Assembly: GCA_037447605.1 (NCBI GenBank)
Contig: CM074805.1
Coordinates: forward strand, 4,807,361 to 4,871,360
Reading direction: 5' to 3'
Source of the DNA: Zygnema circumcarinatum SAG 698-1b
Lineage: Eukaryota > Plantae > Zygnematophyceae
Length of the DNA: 64,000 bases
Below, piece after piece: positions 53,319-64,000 of this stretch. A program made the position numbers and the translations under genes. A model generated the notes under the pieces. The model was given only the letters and a program-made list of their open reading frames with translations. It made no database searches and had not been told where the DNA came from. Within the stretch, counting starts at the first letter, position 1. Every line of letters begins with the position of its first letter.

Positions 53319-56300
53319 ATGCAGAAATGGCGAGGTTCCGTAACTCCTTTACGCGGTCTCCTGCAGCGAATCGCTGCTCAGAAAATTTCAGATTTCTCAT
53401 CTACCGGCAGAATTTATCAGCCAATGGCGAGCTTCCACGTGGATGCTCGCCTCGAACGGAATCCAACACTGGCAGCCAATCACTGGCCTGCAAGCTTCCA
53501 GCAGTCGCGATCTATGTCCGTTGGGCGCTACGGAGCCCGACCCGAGGACTCGTTACGGCGGTGGGTTTTTTCTGCAAAAAAAACTAATGTAGAAAAAATC
53601 AGAAGTTTTGAACTTTTGGTTTTTTTTCTGGTTTTTGGGGTAATTGGGATCTACGGGTTTAAGTTGCATATAGAAAAATACAATTTATTTTTAAATTTGA
53701 AGGGGACATGTCGTATTTGTCGACTGAACCCCTTCGTCTTTAGGGCCTTTCCATTTTTTTGGGCCCCCTTTTTATTGTTTTTACTGTAACTTTTTCTGTT
53801 CTGAAGAGTTTTTTAAAATTTTGAACCCTAAAACTGCCAACCACCCCAAGCAGGCTCGTGAATTCTCTAGATTCTGTCATGAATTAATACTCCAAGTATG
53901 ACAACACAGTATAAAAAACTGAAATCAGGAATTTTTGGTTGCCAAATTTGAAAAGTCTTTTGATTCGCAATAATCTTTGGAAGCTTAGATGAACTTTTTT
54001 CCGTTCTCTTGCCCTCAAAATCAATTTTAAAGCACAATGCAATATGTTTTTCCAAAGGTGAACCACGCATGAAAAGTTCACGGTTACGTTAATTGTTAAG
54101 CTAAGCTTAATCCATTGCTAATTTGATCGCTTAGTTCACTGTCAAGGCAAATCTTAAGTTCATTGTGAAGTCTAATAAATTGCAACGGGGGAAACAGGTA
54201 CGACATTAAGCCTCCGGTTAATTGGGGTGTTCGCATTGTTCCCGAAAGACAAGCATATGTCATCGAACGCTTCGGAAAATATGTGAAAACTCTGAGCTCG
54301 GGAATCCACCTTCTTATTCCATTCGTGGACCGCATCGCTTACGTCCACTCCTTGAAGGAGGAGGCCATTCCCATTCCCGACCAGTCCGCGATCACAAAAG
54401 ACAACGTCAGCATCTCCATCGACGGCGTTCTCTATGTGAAGGTGCGTGGCTCGCTCTTCTACGGAACGGAGTAAGCCGCATGGAAAAGGGAAGGGAAAAA
54501 TGCACGGCAAGGAACCGCGAGGTTTGGTGGAAAGAAATGCCTAAGCCTATGCGAATCATTCTCTCTCCCACTCTCAACTCCCTCTTCTCCCGCTCCTCCC
54601 ACCCCCTACCTCATACTCCCTCTCCCCCACCCTCTCCCTCCAGTCCTTTTCTCTCGCTTCTGCTCCCACACCGGCTCCCTGCCGTCCTACCTCCCACTCG
54701 CCATCCCTCCCATCGCCTGAAAATTGCTAACCTTCCGTTGTGGCACTTTCGGATGTATAGTAAAATATTTATTTTGCGGATTGTTTTCTCGGAACAGATT
54801 GTGGACCCGTTCCGTGCATCGTACGGTGTTGAGAGCCCGATCTATGCCGTCGTTCAGTTAGCCCAAACTACGATGCGCAGCGAACTCGGAAAAATTACGC
54901 TCGACAAAACGTTTGAGGAGAGAGACACTCTCAACACAAACATAGTGGTAGAACATTTCTGCATGCCTTTTTTGTTGTTGTCCCTTTCTTATATTTGCTC
55001 ATGAACTGTACCGTATTTTGATTCCATGCGTTTCATTTTTAGTAGTTTCCCTTCCTCCCCCTCCGTCCCCTTACCGTGTTTTCCCTCTTTTTTCTAAATG
55101 CGCAATTTTCTGGTGGGAGACAGCTTTCCATCAATGAGGCTGCCAAACACTGGGGCCTTGAATGCCTTCGATATGAAATTCGTACGATACTCTCCCTCCC
55201 TCCCTCCCTCACTCCCTCCCTCCCTCCCTCCCTCCCTCCCTCCCTCCCTCCCTCCCTCCCTCCCTCCCTCCCTCCTCCCTCCCTCCCTCCCTCCCTCCCT
55301 CCCTCCCTCCTCCCTCCCTCCCCTCNNNNNNNNNNNNNNNNNNNNNNNNNNNNNNNNNNNNNNNNNNNNNNNNNNNNNNNNNNNNNNNNNNNNNNNNNNN
55401 NNNNNNNNNNNNNNNNNNNNNNNNNGCTATGGCGTACTTATATCTCACTGCCCTTTTTATGAGCGCCAAAAGCTCGTTAACCCTCATTAAAAGTAAACAA
55501 TTAACTTAACCGTAGTTCTTTTTCAGGAAATGCAAGCTGAAGCTGAGAGGCGGAGGAGAGCGCAAGTTTTGGAATCTGAAGGTGATCTCCCCCCCTCCCT
55601 TTTTTTTTTGCGAGTTTAAAGTAATTTTTAGCCTATCCTCTCAAAAAGAAGTCTGTCCATCTTTAAATTTTCTCTTTCTTTCGGCCGCCTTTTTTTCTCT
55701 TTAATATTTGCAGGTGATCGTGAAGCAAACATAAACATCGCAGACGGGAAGAAATCGGCTCAAATTAAAGAGTCAGAAGCGGCCATGACAAGTCAAATAA
55801 ATCGAGCCAAAGGTATTCCATTCGTCCTTTTTTCATAAACCTGGTTTAATTTTCTTGCGGTTGTCGTTGTATATAATAAGAAAATTTAACCCTTCACACA
55901 ATTGAGACAACATCGGGCATTTCCTTCCTCCTGCCTCCCCCTCTCTACCCTCTCCCCCTCTCCCCCTCTCCCCGCGTCTCCCCCCACTCTCCATCTCTCC
56001 CTCTCCCCCNNNNNNNNNNTCCCCCCCCCCCCCCAACCCCCGCCCCTTTTCCCCCTTCCCCCCACCCCCCCTCCCTCTCCCCTTTCTGAGCGACTTTTTT
56101 CAAATGGTCTTCTGTTTTTTTTCTAAATGCTGATTTTATTTTTCGATATTCAGGTGAAGCTGCGGCAATATATGCTCGCGCCGAAGCAACTTCGCGGAGC
56201 ATAGAAATGCTCGCGGTCGCCGTTAGAGGCGACGGAGGGCCGGAGGTGTGTCCTTGTCGTATCTGCGCTTGCCATCTTCTATTTGTTTCGTCTCTCTCAA

Positions 56301-56916
56301 TTTCCAAACTGCTGCTTTTGCGACCTTTTATTGATTTTTCTAGTGTTGTGCTCCCATCTCCCCGCAGGCCGCTAGTATGAGGATCGCTGAGCAATACCTT
56401 CAGGCCTTCAGCAACATCGCCAAGGAGGTGAGGGAGAGATGCGAGTTGTCTCTAGAAGGGAGACGGAGAGGGAGTGGGAGAGCAGACAGCCATCCTGCGA
56501 TCTCCTCTCACTACTTGTACCCCCCCTTCCTCTCTCTCTCTCTCATTCTCTCTCCCTCTCGCCTGCAGGGCAACACGCTCCTCCTTCCCGCAAACGCGGC
56601 AGACCCTTCCTACATGGTCGCCCAGGCCCTCTCCATCTACAAGACCATCGGCCTCCCCCGCACATCATCATCATCACCATCATCACCATCATCATCATCA
56701 TCATCATCATCATCGCCGAAGCCGCGAGGAGGTGATGCAGGAGGGCTCGGTGATGTCGTCTCGCTGGAGGATGTGCCGCCGGAGAGGGCCTCCAGGTACA
56801 GGATGGACGCATCCGCGCCGGATGACGTCAGGCAGCGGCTCACAACTGGAAGTGACATCATACCGTCACCGACGCCGACCGGGGTGTTCACCCTACAAAC
56901 AAAAATGCACCAATAG
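53319..56916 (+). CDS. SLP: Stomatin-like protein (SPFH/band-7, mitochondrial SLP type)
   Basis: Exons 53319-53560, 54198-54441, 54798-54947, 55124-55181, [one exon mostly in the N gap, ending GCTATG about 55431], 55527-55581, 55714-55811, 56154-56245, 56368-56427 and 56569-56916. Motifs [74 protein letters not shown] and [19 protein letters not shown]. Confidence 0.94.
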
Positions 56917-57226
56917 GAGGACGGGGAGAGAGGTGGGGCATGGCATGGCATGTTGTTTGTGTACATTTGGGGACTGCTATGAGGGCCGCGGATGGATGGA
57001 TGATGTGATGTGATGTGGTCATGATGGTGATGGGGTGGTTGCCGACGCATGCTTGTTGGATTGTGAATGGATGGATGGATGTGAACGATGGTCGTCATGG
57101 CGTTCCGTTAGGTCGGCTGCCGCCTTGTCGATATGTGAGGGAAGAAGAGATGTGGCATTGATCTCACGATGGGGACGCCATCAAATGTGTATGGACAACA
57201 TCATCATTGGGAACCACGAAGTACTG

Positions 57227-58074
57227 CACAGATCGGACCATTAGACAAACCAGTCGACTGGTTGGCAACCAGTGGTTGCGGACCGAAACAACCATTCGAC
57301 TGGTTTGGAACCAGTGGATGCCACTGGTTCGCAACCAGTCGAATGGTTGCCAATCAGTGGCATTCACTGGTTGGAAACCAGTCGACTGGTTGCGAACCAG
57401 TGGCGCAGGACTGAAACAACCATTCGACTGGTTCGGAACCAGTGATCCAATGGTTGGCAACCATTGAATTTCTGAAATTTAAAAAAATTGCAAAAATGTG
57501 TCGTATGTGTTTTTTGGTGGGTTGCCAACCGTTGACAACTAGTGTAACAAGCCTGATGCGTACAGATGCGTACGGATTTGTACATCCGAGTCGTACGATT
57601 GTACGGAGATTCTGTACGGCCGAACCGTAATAGTTTTCTCCGAAACGCCGACGGCATTTTGGTAGCTGTAGCGTTCAGTTCGCTACAACTAGTGATTTAA
57701 TGGTTGCCAACCATTTGATTTAATGGATATAACCATTCGACTGGTTGCCAACCAGTGCAGCCAGATCGAAACAACCATTCGACTGGTTGCCAACCAGTGG
57801 CATCCACTGGTTCCAAACCAGTCGACTGGTTGCCAACCAGTGCCACTGGATCGAAACAACCAGTTGACTGGTTGCCAACCAGTGGCATCCACTGGTTCCA
57901 AACCAGTCGACTGGTTGCCAACCAGTGGTTGCAGACCGAAACAACCATTCGACTGGTTGCCAACCAGTGGTTGCGGACCGAAACAACCATTCGACTGGTT
58001 GCCAACCAGTAGACGTCCAACCGTAGCCATCCAATGGTTGTCCAATGGTTGCCGATCCACTGGTCCGAACTGTG
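57227..58074. mobile_element. Non-autonomous hAT-like element G with palindromic subterminal repeat arrays
   Basis: 14-bp TIR CACAG(A/T)TCGGACCA. 8-bp TSD AAGTACTG at 57219-57226 and 58075-58082. About 18 copies of ACTGGTT-NNN-AACCAGT in two arms flank a unique core. Confidence 0.85.
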
Positions 58075-58724
58075 AAGTACTGGTCGCAAAGGACCTAAGC
58101 ACAAAAGAAAAAAGCTACGCTTAGGCTCAACAACACAGCAGTGAGTGATCTCACACCATCGTGTGTTCCGTCACATCATGCCTCGATGTTGTCGAGGGGA
58201 CATTGGAACGGCGTGTTTGCATGCACAGTAGGAAGCATGGAAATGGCATCGATCTCACGATGGTGAGGCCACCAAATGTACATGGAGAAAATCAGCATGG
58301 GAAACCACGAGGAACACAGTAGCGGTCATATGGCATGGCAAGAAGTTGTCACATCTCGCTATACGTTCATTTGCGAACCATTGCAGTCGCTCGCGCTCTT
58401 GTTGAACAAGAAATGTTCCGTCGTTCGCCCATGCCCAAGGTTCGCCCTTGCAGCAATTGTTTTTCCGAGGCTCACCTCCGAGCTAACGTGGCAGCGGCCC
58501 ATTGGTTCCCGCGCAGTTCAGGGTTTTTGAACCATTCCGGGTGGCAAAAACCTGTCGCATGTGTCCCCGCAGCATAAGGGCAGCCGGCGGGACTATCCGT
58601 TGGCTCGCCCGCTGAGCGGTTGGAACTTGGAAGATGGAACGCGAGTACAGAACCCCCCCTCATATTTTCTACCCGAGTACTTTCGTTACCCAAGAAATTG
58701 AAAGAAAGAAAAGAAAGAAAGAAT

Positions 58725-59160
58725 GTCGTATTGGCTGATCCGACTCGCCGTGCTTTGTTATCCCGTGCCGCACACCACGAGGGCGTCGCTGCCCGAGATG
58801 CGGCCCTTCGTAAGGAGCGCGCATATGCTCACCGCGACTCGGCCGATGAGTTTGTTCCATTGGCGGTCAAAATTTTTGGCTGCCTTGATGCTCGGTTGGA
58901 AGTCTTCCTTCGCCAGTGCGCCCACCGCTCCTTCGAGATGCACGGCCCCGGAAGCCCTCCCCTAGCGATCCTNNNNNNNNNNCCCTCCCCTAGCGATCCT
59001 TACAACTTTTTATCGACAGCGCATTTCCGCCGCCTTACAGCGGTGTCTTGCTTCCACGATCCTTCGACGTGCCGCAGTTGTTGGGACCCGTCCCAGTGGT
59101 CTTCCACCCCTTCCCGCGCGTACTGCGCCCCACATTGGCGACCTTCGCGGCTGCTTCTAG
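58725..59160 (+). mobile_element. 5'-truncated non-LTR retrotransposon remnant: C-terminal restriction-like endonuclease (RLE) region, CRE/R2-group-like
   Basis: After merging the 18-bp overlap across the N gap, the frame reads VVLADPTRRALLSRAA..GVAARDAALRKERAY..DEFVPLAVKIFGCL..FLRQCA..FYRQRISAALQRCLASTILRR..*, the pattern of RLE-clade C-termini. No RT sequence upstream. Confidence 0.65.
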
Positions 59161-59398
59161 TGCCGTGTTGTTGCGCCTAGAAGTTGATTTCCGTTTCCAA
59201 GCTTTCTCTCTGTCCTTATGTCCATTGTGGCCGCTTCTTTTGGTTCTTTATGTCGATTTTCTCCATGTACATTTGATGGCCTTGCCATCGTGAGTTCAAT
59301 CAAACATCATTTTCTCTCAAGAAATTCGCCTTGGTATTAGGAGGAGTCAGACATTGAACATCGCCAAATCAATTAAGCAAGCCTGTCAGGCGAATTCA

Positions 59399-59953
59399 GC
59401 ATTGGCTAGGTACGCATTTTAGTACGGCTGTATACGGTGGAGTTGCGGATCTTGACCCGGAATTCGTACACGAAAGAAGTGACTTTTAGTATAAGGAATT
59501 CGAGAAGTTTGTAAACTATAGTGTCAAGGTCGTACTGTGATCTCTGAGCATGGTATGGCGTGGCTGAGGGGGACAAGTCAATATGACCAGAGGGTTTGAG
59601 GTTGTAGGTCCATGTGTTGAAGGAGCTTGAACGCAGCTCGTGAAAACCCTTGAGTAGTGTGCTCAAAGACAAGCACGGTTTAGGTGGGGAGGAATGTAAC
59701 AAATGGTATACATGGATCGTATGGCCTAATACTTACATCCGCGATTGCCTTTTAATGGTGAAGCACATAGATGGGTACCGGGAGGTCTTGAACCCCGTTG
59801 GAGGCAGGTGGTTTGTTACACGTCACCTTGACCATCGCTTATGAAATTCCTGAATTCCTTATACTAAAGGTCACTTCTTTCATGCACAAATTCCTGTTTG
59901 GGATCTGCGACTCCGCTGTACACAGCCGTACTGAAATGCATACCTAGCCAATG
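59399..59953. mobile_element. Foldback/MITE-like element H with about 130-bp diverged TIRs
   Basis: GCATTGGCTAGGTA(C/T)GCATTT..AGTACGGCTGT...GAAAGAAGTGAC.TTTAGTATAAGGAATTC is mirrored at the right end. No TSD recognised. Confidence 0.65.
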
Positions 59954-60026
59954 CTTGTTTCATTGAACTCACGATGGCGAGGCCATCAAGAAAGATCTTG
60001 CTCATGGTATTATGGGTTGCGGGCTA

Positions 60027-60303
60027 GGACTTTTAGAGTTTTAGATTTCAGAAATAGAACGTTTTAATATCTAAAAGTTTCAGAGTCTTTGAACAATTTG
60101 AGAACGACCGTACGACCAGTGAGATTGAACTACGCGTACAATTGTACGGTCGGCAAATTGGCGCTGGTCCGTCAGAGAGCCTGCCGTATGACCGCAACCA
60201 TATCGCAATACGGCCATTCTAAAACTGTTTTATAAACCGGCCTGACTTTTAGAATTTTTTATTGGAATTCTAAATACACGACACTGCGTTATAATATCCG
60301 TCC
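60027..60303. mobile_element. Dispersed repeat D copy 2 (uninterrupted)
   Basis: Collinear with 30080-31302 minus the family B insert. Confidence 0.7.
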
Positions 60304-60502
60304 ATAGTTAAGGAGGGAATTTCCCCCGTTTTACCGGTGAAGTAGGCGGTGTCAGGGCTAGAAGCTGGGTCTCGCCCAACGCGCTCACGCCCTTCAGTTG
60401 GGCGGAGTTGGTTCAGAGGGCGGCCGGCAGGGACAAATTGGGCCGCCCTCGCCGGCCGCCGCATGCGACAAACGGTGCTGCTCGTCCTGCTACTGTACAG
60501 TA

Positions 60503-60693
60503 CAGTAGACCCCCCCAATATCTTAGCCATGGTTTCGGCAAATATGGGGCGAAAATATTGGGTAGCGAAAATATAAGGGTGCGTGTTAACAATAGGCGGG
60601 CAGTATTATATTAAAAAGTGGTTTTGGCAAATTCAGGGCGAAAATATTGGAAGCGAAAATAAGAGGGGCGAAAATATTGGGGGGGTCTACTTG
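60503..60693. mobile_element. MITE family A copy 2 (191 bp, compact)
   Basis: TA|CAGTAGACCCCCC ... GGGGGGTCTACTTG|TA, with internal CGAAAATATTGG repeats. Confidence 0.82.
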
Positions 60694-61859
60694 TAGTGGG
60701 TAGTCATGTACGCTCAAATGGCTCTCTGCCACGTCGGATGTGGGGCGTGCCCTGAGGAAGGGAGCAGGTTGCCCGCGGTTGGTTTAGTTGGTGGGTTGGC
60801 GGGTTGGTTTGGCTGTAGGTCGGTTGGCAGGTCTGTTGGCTCTAGAGCGAGCTGCGTGACGCCACGTAGCATTCCCCGCCCTACACTGCCTTGGCAGCTG
60901 GATTTGACTGGCCGGGCGGGACTGTAGGGCTGACCGCGGGCACGGGCAGGCACTTCAAAAAAAACGACGAAAAAGGGAGGGTCGCTTTGATGCCGCACTT
61001 CCAGGTCTGCAAGACGACAAGGAGGCACCGTTGGCCAACGACATATAGCCACGTGGCGCAGTGTACATCGCTCGATGTTTGAACAAGAGTGCCGTACAAA
61101 CGCCAGCTGCTCAACAGAGCGGTCTCGCTTGTCGTATGTGGCATGGTGAAGTCCGCCGATTTGTCCCGCCACCGACAATGTCGTTTTGTCGCATTGTCAA
61201 CCCTCCATCAAGGCGACCCAGAAACAACAAAAAATCAGAAACTGAAAAAAAAAAAATTTGAATCGACTTGAAAAACGGTTTCTGTGCCACAGCGAACTGC
61301 AACAGGACGGAGCCGCATGTGTCACAAGTACGGCATTGTACTTGTTCGTACGGTCCAGTAAAGTAGAAAAGCCAAAAACCTTTTCGGTTTTGGCCCTGAC
61401 CGCCGGAACCCGTCGATCGCGCCAATCCGTCCGATCGCAATATCCCACGGTCCAGATCTGGCCTCCCCGCGAACCTCCGACGCGTCATTAAGCGGCCGTC
61501 CTGCGAATTCCGTAGACTTTACCGTCGTTGCCGCTTCACGACGCGACACCGACATTTTCCTCTTCATGGGACCGTCCGATTAGGATCTTTTGTTTTTCTC
61601 CTGTCCGGTAGGTCCCCCCACCGACCTCCTTGGCTCCACCGACATTTTCGACTGCTACGACAAAACCCGCGCCAGTGGCGCTCGTTTGTCTGACAGCGCG
61701 ACGCGCACTAACCCAAACAAGCACGAGCGGTATTGGCCAATGGGAGCCTGCCAACTCAGCGAGAATTTGGCGGCAGCCTTGACCTTTCTAAAATACTCGA
61801 CGGCCGGCATTGTACGGTTTCAAATGCGACAAAAAATTGCGTTGCCACGGCGCACGCTT

Positions 61860-62256
61860 ATTGGCGATCCCTCCTGTCGCCGCGGAAACGCTCACCTTTG
61901 ATTGGCTGTGCGACAGAGATTCCTCCTGTCGCCGAGGATTCGCCGACCTCCGATTGGCTGTGCGACTCGCCGGCCCACGACGCGCTGTGCGCCTCGTATT
62001 GGCGCCGCCGTCCGCGGAAAAAAAGGAGCTTGGGAAACGCACGACGCTGATTGGCCGGGACACCCTCAAATCCCTGACATTTTGGGGCCGTCCTCGCCTC
62101 TGATTGGCTGAAAATACCCTAAAATTTTAATTTCACATGCGGGACTCGCGTCTGATTGGTCGCGGACGTGCGCGCGCCTCGCGCTGCGCCCCCTCATTGG
62201 CCCATCGTCCGCAGATTCCGGCGTCTAAGGCCGGAGGCCCTGGGCTCATATATTGG
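61860..62256 (+). promoter_or_regulatory. Array of reverse CCAAT boxes (ATTGG) plus a TATA-like element upstream of the fasciclin gene
   Basis: ATTGG at 61860, 61901, 61953, 61998, 62050, 62103, 62155 and 62196; CATATAT near 62247. Confidence 0.55.
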
Positions 62257-62409
62257 GTTGCTCTTCCCTCATTACTCTAAGGCAACTCCCTCACTCTCCT
62301 GCGTCGTTCCATAGCCTCTCTCCCTCCTCCCTCTCTCCTTCCTCCCTCTCTCCTTCCTCCCTCTCTCCCTCACCCCTGTCAGGGTTAGATCACAGCAACA
62401 GTAGCGGCC

Positions 62410-63223
62410 ATGGCTCTCAAGCAGGTTGTCCTCTTGCTCGCCCTCTTCTCCGTCGTCGCCCCGGCCTTCGCCGACGTGTCTACCTTTGTCTCTGAGAAGG
62501 CTGGCAATGAGGAGCATGCCGGTCCCGAGGCCATCCCTGAGCGCGTGCAGAACATTTTGGACACCATCGCCGCCGCAGGAAAGTTCAGCAAGTTCGTGCA
62601 CTTCGTGAAGCTGCTCGAGCTCGGCTCCAAGATCGGCGAACTCCGCGGAACCCTCCTTGTGCCCACCGACGAGGCCTTCTCTCTTGCTAGCGAGCAGATT
62701 CAGGCAATCCTCTCCAAGTCGATCGGAGGAAATGGATTCACCCGTGGCCTTGACAATGTCCTCCTCAGCCACTTCATCAAGGACAGGATCACCCCTCAGG
62801 TCCTTGAGGTCAGTCTTGTGCCCTCTCTGCTCTCTCTTATCCCTCACTTTTTAGCTTTTTACTATCAGATTATGACTTGAGGTCGAAATCTCGAGTGCTG
62901 TATTGATTTAGCTTGGACCAACTGTGCAGGCTGCTGGAGCCGCCAGATTGAGGAGATTCAAGGCCACCGGCCCGAGCGCAATCATGTCAACCAGGAGTGT
63001 GTTCGGTGACCTCCCCGTCTCCGTTGTCAGCGACGGAATTGAGAACGGTTTCCTTGCTGTGAACACCGCTGAGGAGGATGTGGCGATGCTGACCACCCCT
63101 AACGTCTACGTTGACTTCAAGCTGGCGGTGCAGGGCGTGGACCGCCTGCTCTTGCCTTCGGAGAAGCTGGTTGCCGTTCAGGAAAAGATTAATGCGCAGG
63201 TTAGCGTTCAGGCTGCGAGTTAA
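62410..63223 (+). CDS. Secreted single-FAS1-domain (fasciclin-like) protein
   Basis: Exons 62410-62808 and 62930-63223, phase 0. Signal peptide MALKQVVLLLALFSVVAPAFA, FAS1 H1 motif TLLVPTDEAF, LLSHFI and H2 motif AVQGVDRLLLP. No obvious AGP region or GPI tail. Confidence 0.88.
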
Positions 63224-64000
63224 AATCTGGACAATGTAGTTGTTGAGGTTGGAAGGATTTTCGAATGTGATAGATAGTTGAGATCGGTACGGTATATTTA
63301 ATTTGCTCTCACTCAAGCAAAAAGGTACATAGCTTTAGCGCTTGGGTCGCAGCCTCTCGACAGGCTGAATAATAGCCCACATGATGATGTCGTCCGGTTC
63401 GTTAATAACTGTACCCCTCCGTCTTCAGAGAAGGTTTTGAAACGGAGAGTACGTTATATTCATCAGGTAGTGGGTAGGTCTATTCTCCATCCGATATGTA
63501 GTACGAAGATCGACTCTTATAAGTTACTCTCCGCTGTGAAATGTTTTCACATTTTAGAAATTATGTCAACCTGGGCAATTTTCTGCCTGTCTAATCTGAA
63601 AGTTTGTATCATTCATCACTTCTAGATTTTATGAAGGAAAAAAAGATGTGCTATGCCTTGGAATGATTTAACTATCGTTGATTTCAGTGTGTTAATCATT
63701 CTGTTTCTGGGAGTCTGCCTCTATAGCCGTCCAATATTAGTAGGTTCTTGGAACTGTTATTCTAAATTGGCTTACAGTTTTGAAGTTGTCATAAAATTTC
63801 GTGGGGATATCGTGGCGGATGTTTGGTAATAGGTAGGAAAACAGGAAATAGCGTCTGTCATGAAAAACGGCCCTCAATACATTCGATATGTGAAATATAC
63901 AACAAGCACGGCGAAGTTGGCTGAAGAGAAATCTTCTCCAAAAAATGAAACCCATTTTTCGTCCGTCTTCAACTATTGCTGAACTTCCGTTGTGGATTAT

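Noticed and set aside
56474-57013. Poly-His (metal-binding-like) ORF
   Set aside because: Alternative frame of the (TCA)n tract that encodes poly-Ser in the SLP last exon.
57227-58104. CRISPR-like array of palindromic repeats, and the overlapping repetitive ORFs
   Set aside because: Spacers are themselves repeated rather than unique, there are no cas genes, the context is eukaryotic, and the block has TIRs and a TSD.

Overview
Eukaryotic nuclear DNA from a plant-lineage organism. It is intron-rich, its introns are filled with CT/GA and other microsatellites, and its genes resemble land-plant families. A streptophyte alga, probably Zygnematophyceae, is my inference from gene content and style, not a proven assignment. 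The assembly has seven N gaps and at least one probable false duplication. I could reconstruct eleven spliced genes from GT-AG (one GC-AG) boundaries and protein motifs: the 3' part of an oxysterol-binding protein (ORP3 type), a secreted amidase-signature enzyme, a P-type PPR protein, a GONST5/UDP-GalT-like nucleotide-sugar transporter, a secreted NXPE/PC-esterase-like SGNH protein, a conserved plant protein of unknown function, peptide deformylase PDF1A, a divergent PYR/PYL-like START-fold protein, TIM44, a mitochondrial stomatin-like protein and a single-domain fasciclin. Intergenic DNA is a mosaic of non-autonomous DNA transposons, several with readable TIRs and TSDs and one nested stack. 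It also holds a 5'-truncated RLE-type non-LTR retrotransposon remnant and a dispersed hairpin repeat. The best leads are (1) the PYL-like protein, which keeps the PYL scaffold but has replaced the gate, latch and ABA-binding residues; (2) recurrent GTAC-dense islands, partly at 10-bp spacing, in promoters and TE interiors; and (3) a helically phased array of 8 CCAAT boxes upstream of the fasciclin gene. I saw no rRNA, tRNA or CRISPR. All alignments were made by eye from remembered sequences and need confirming by search.
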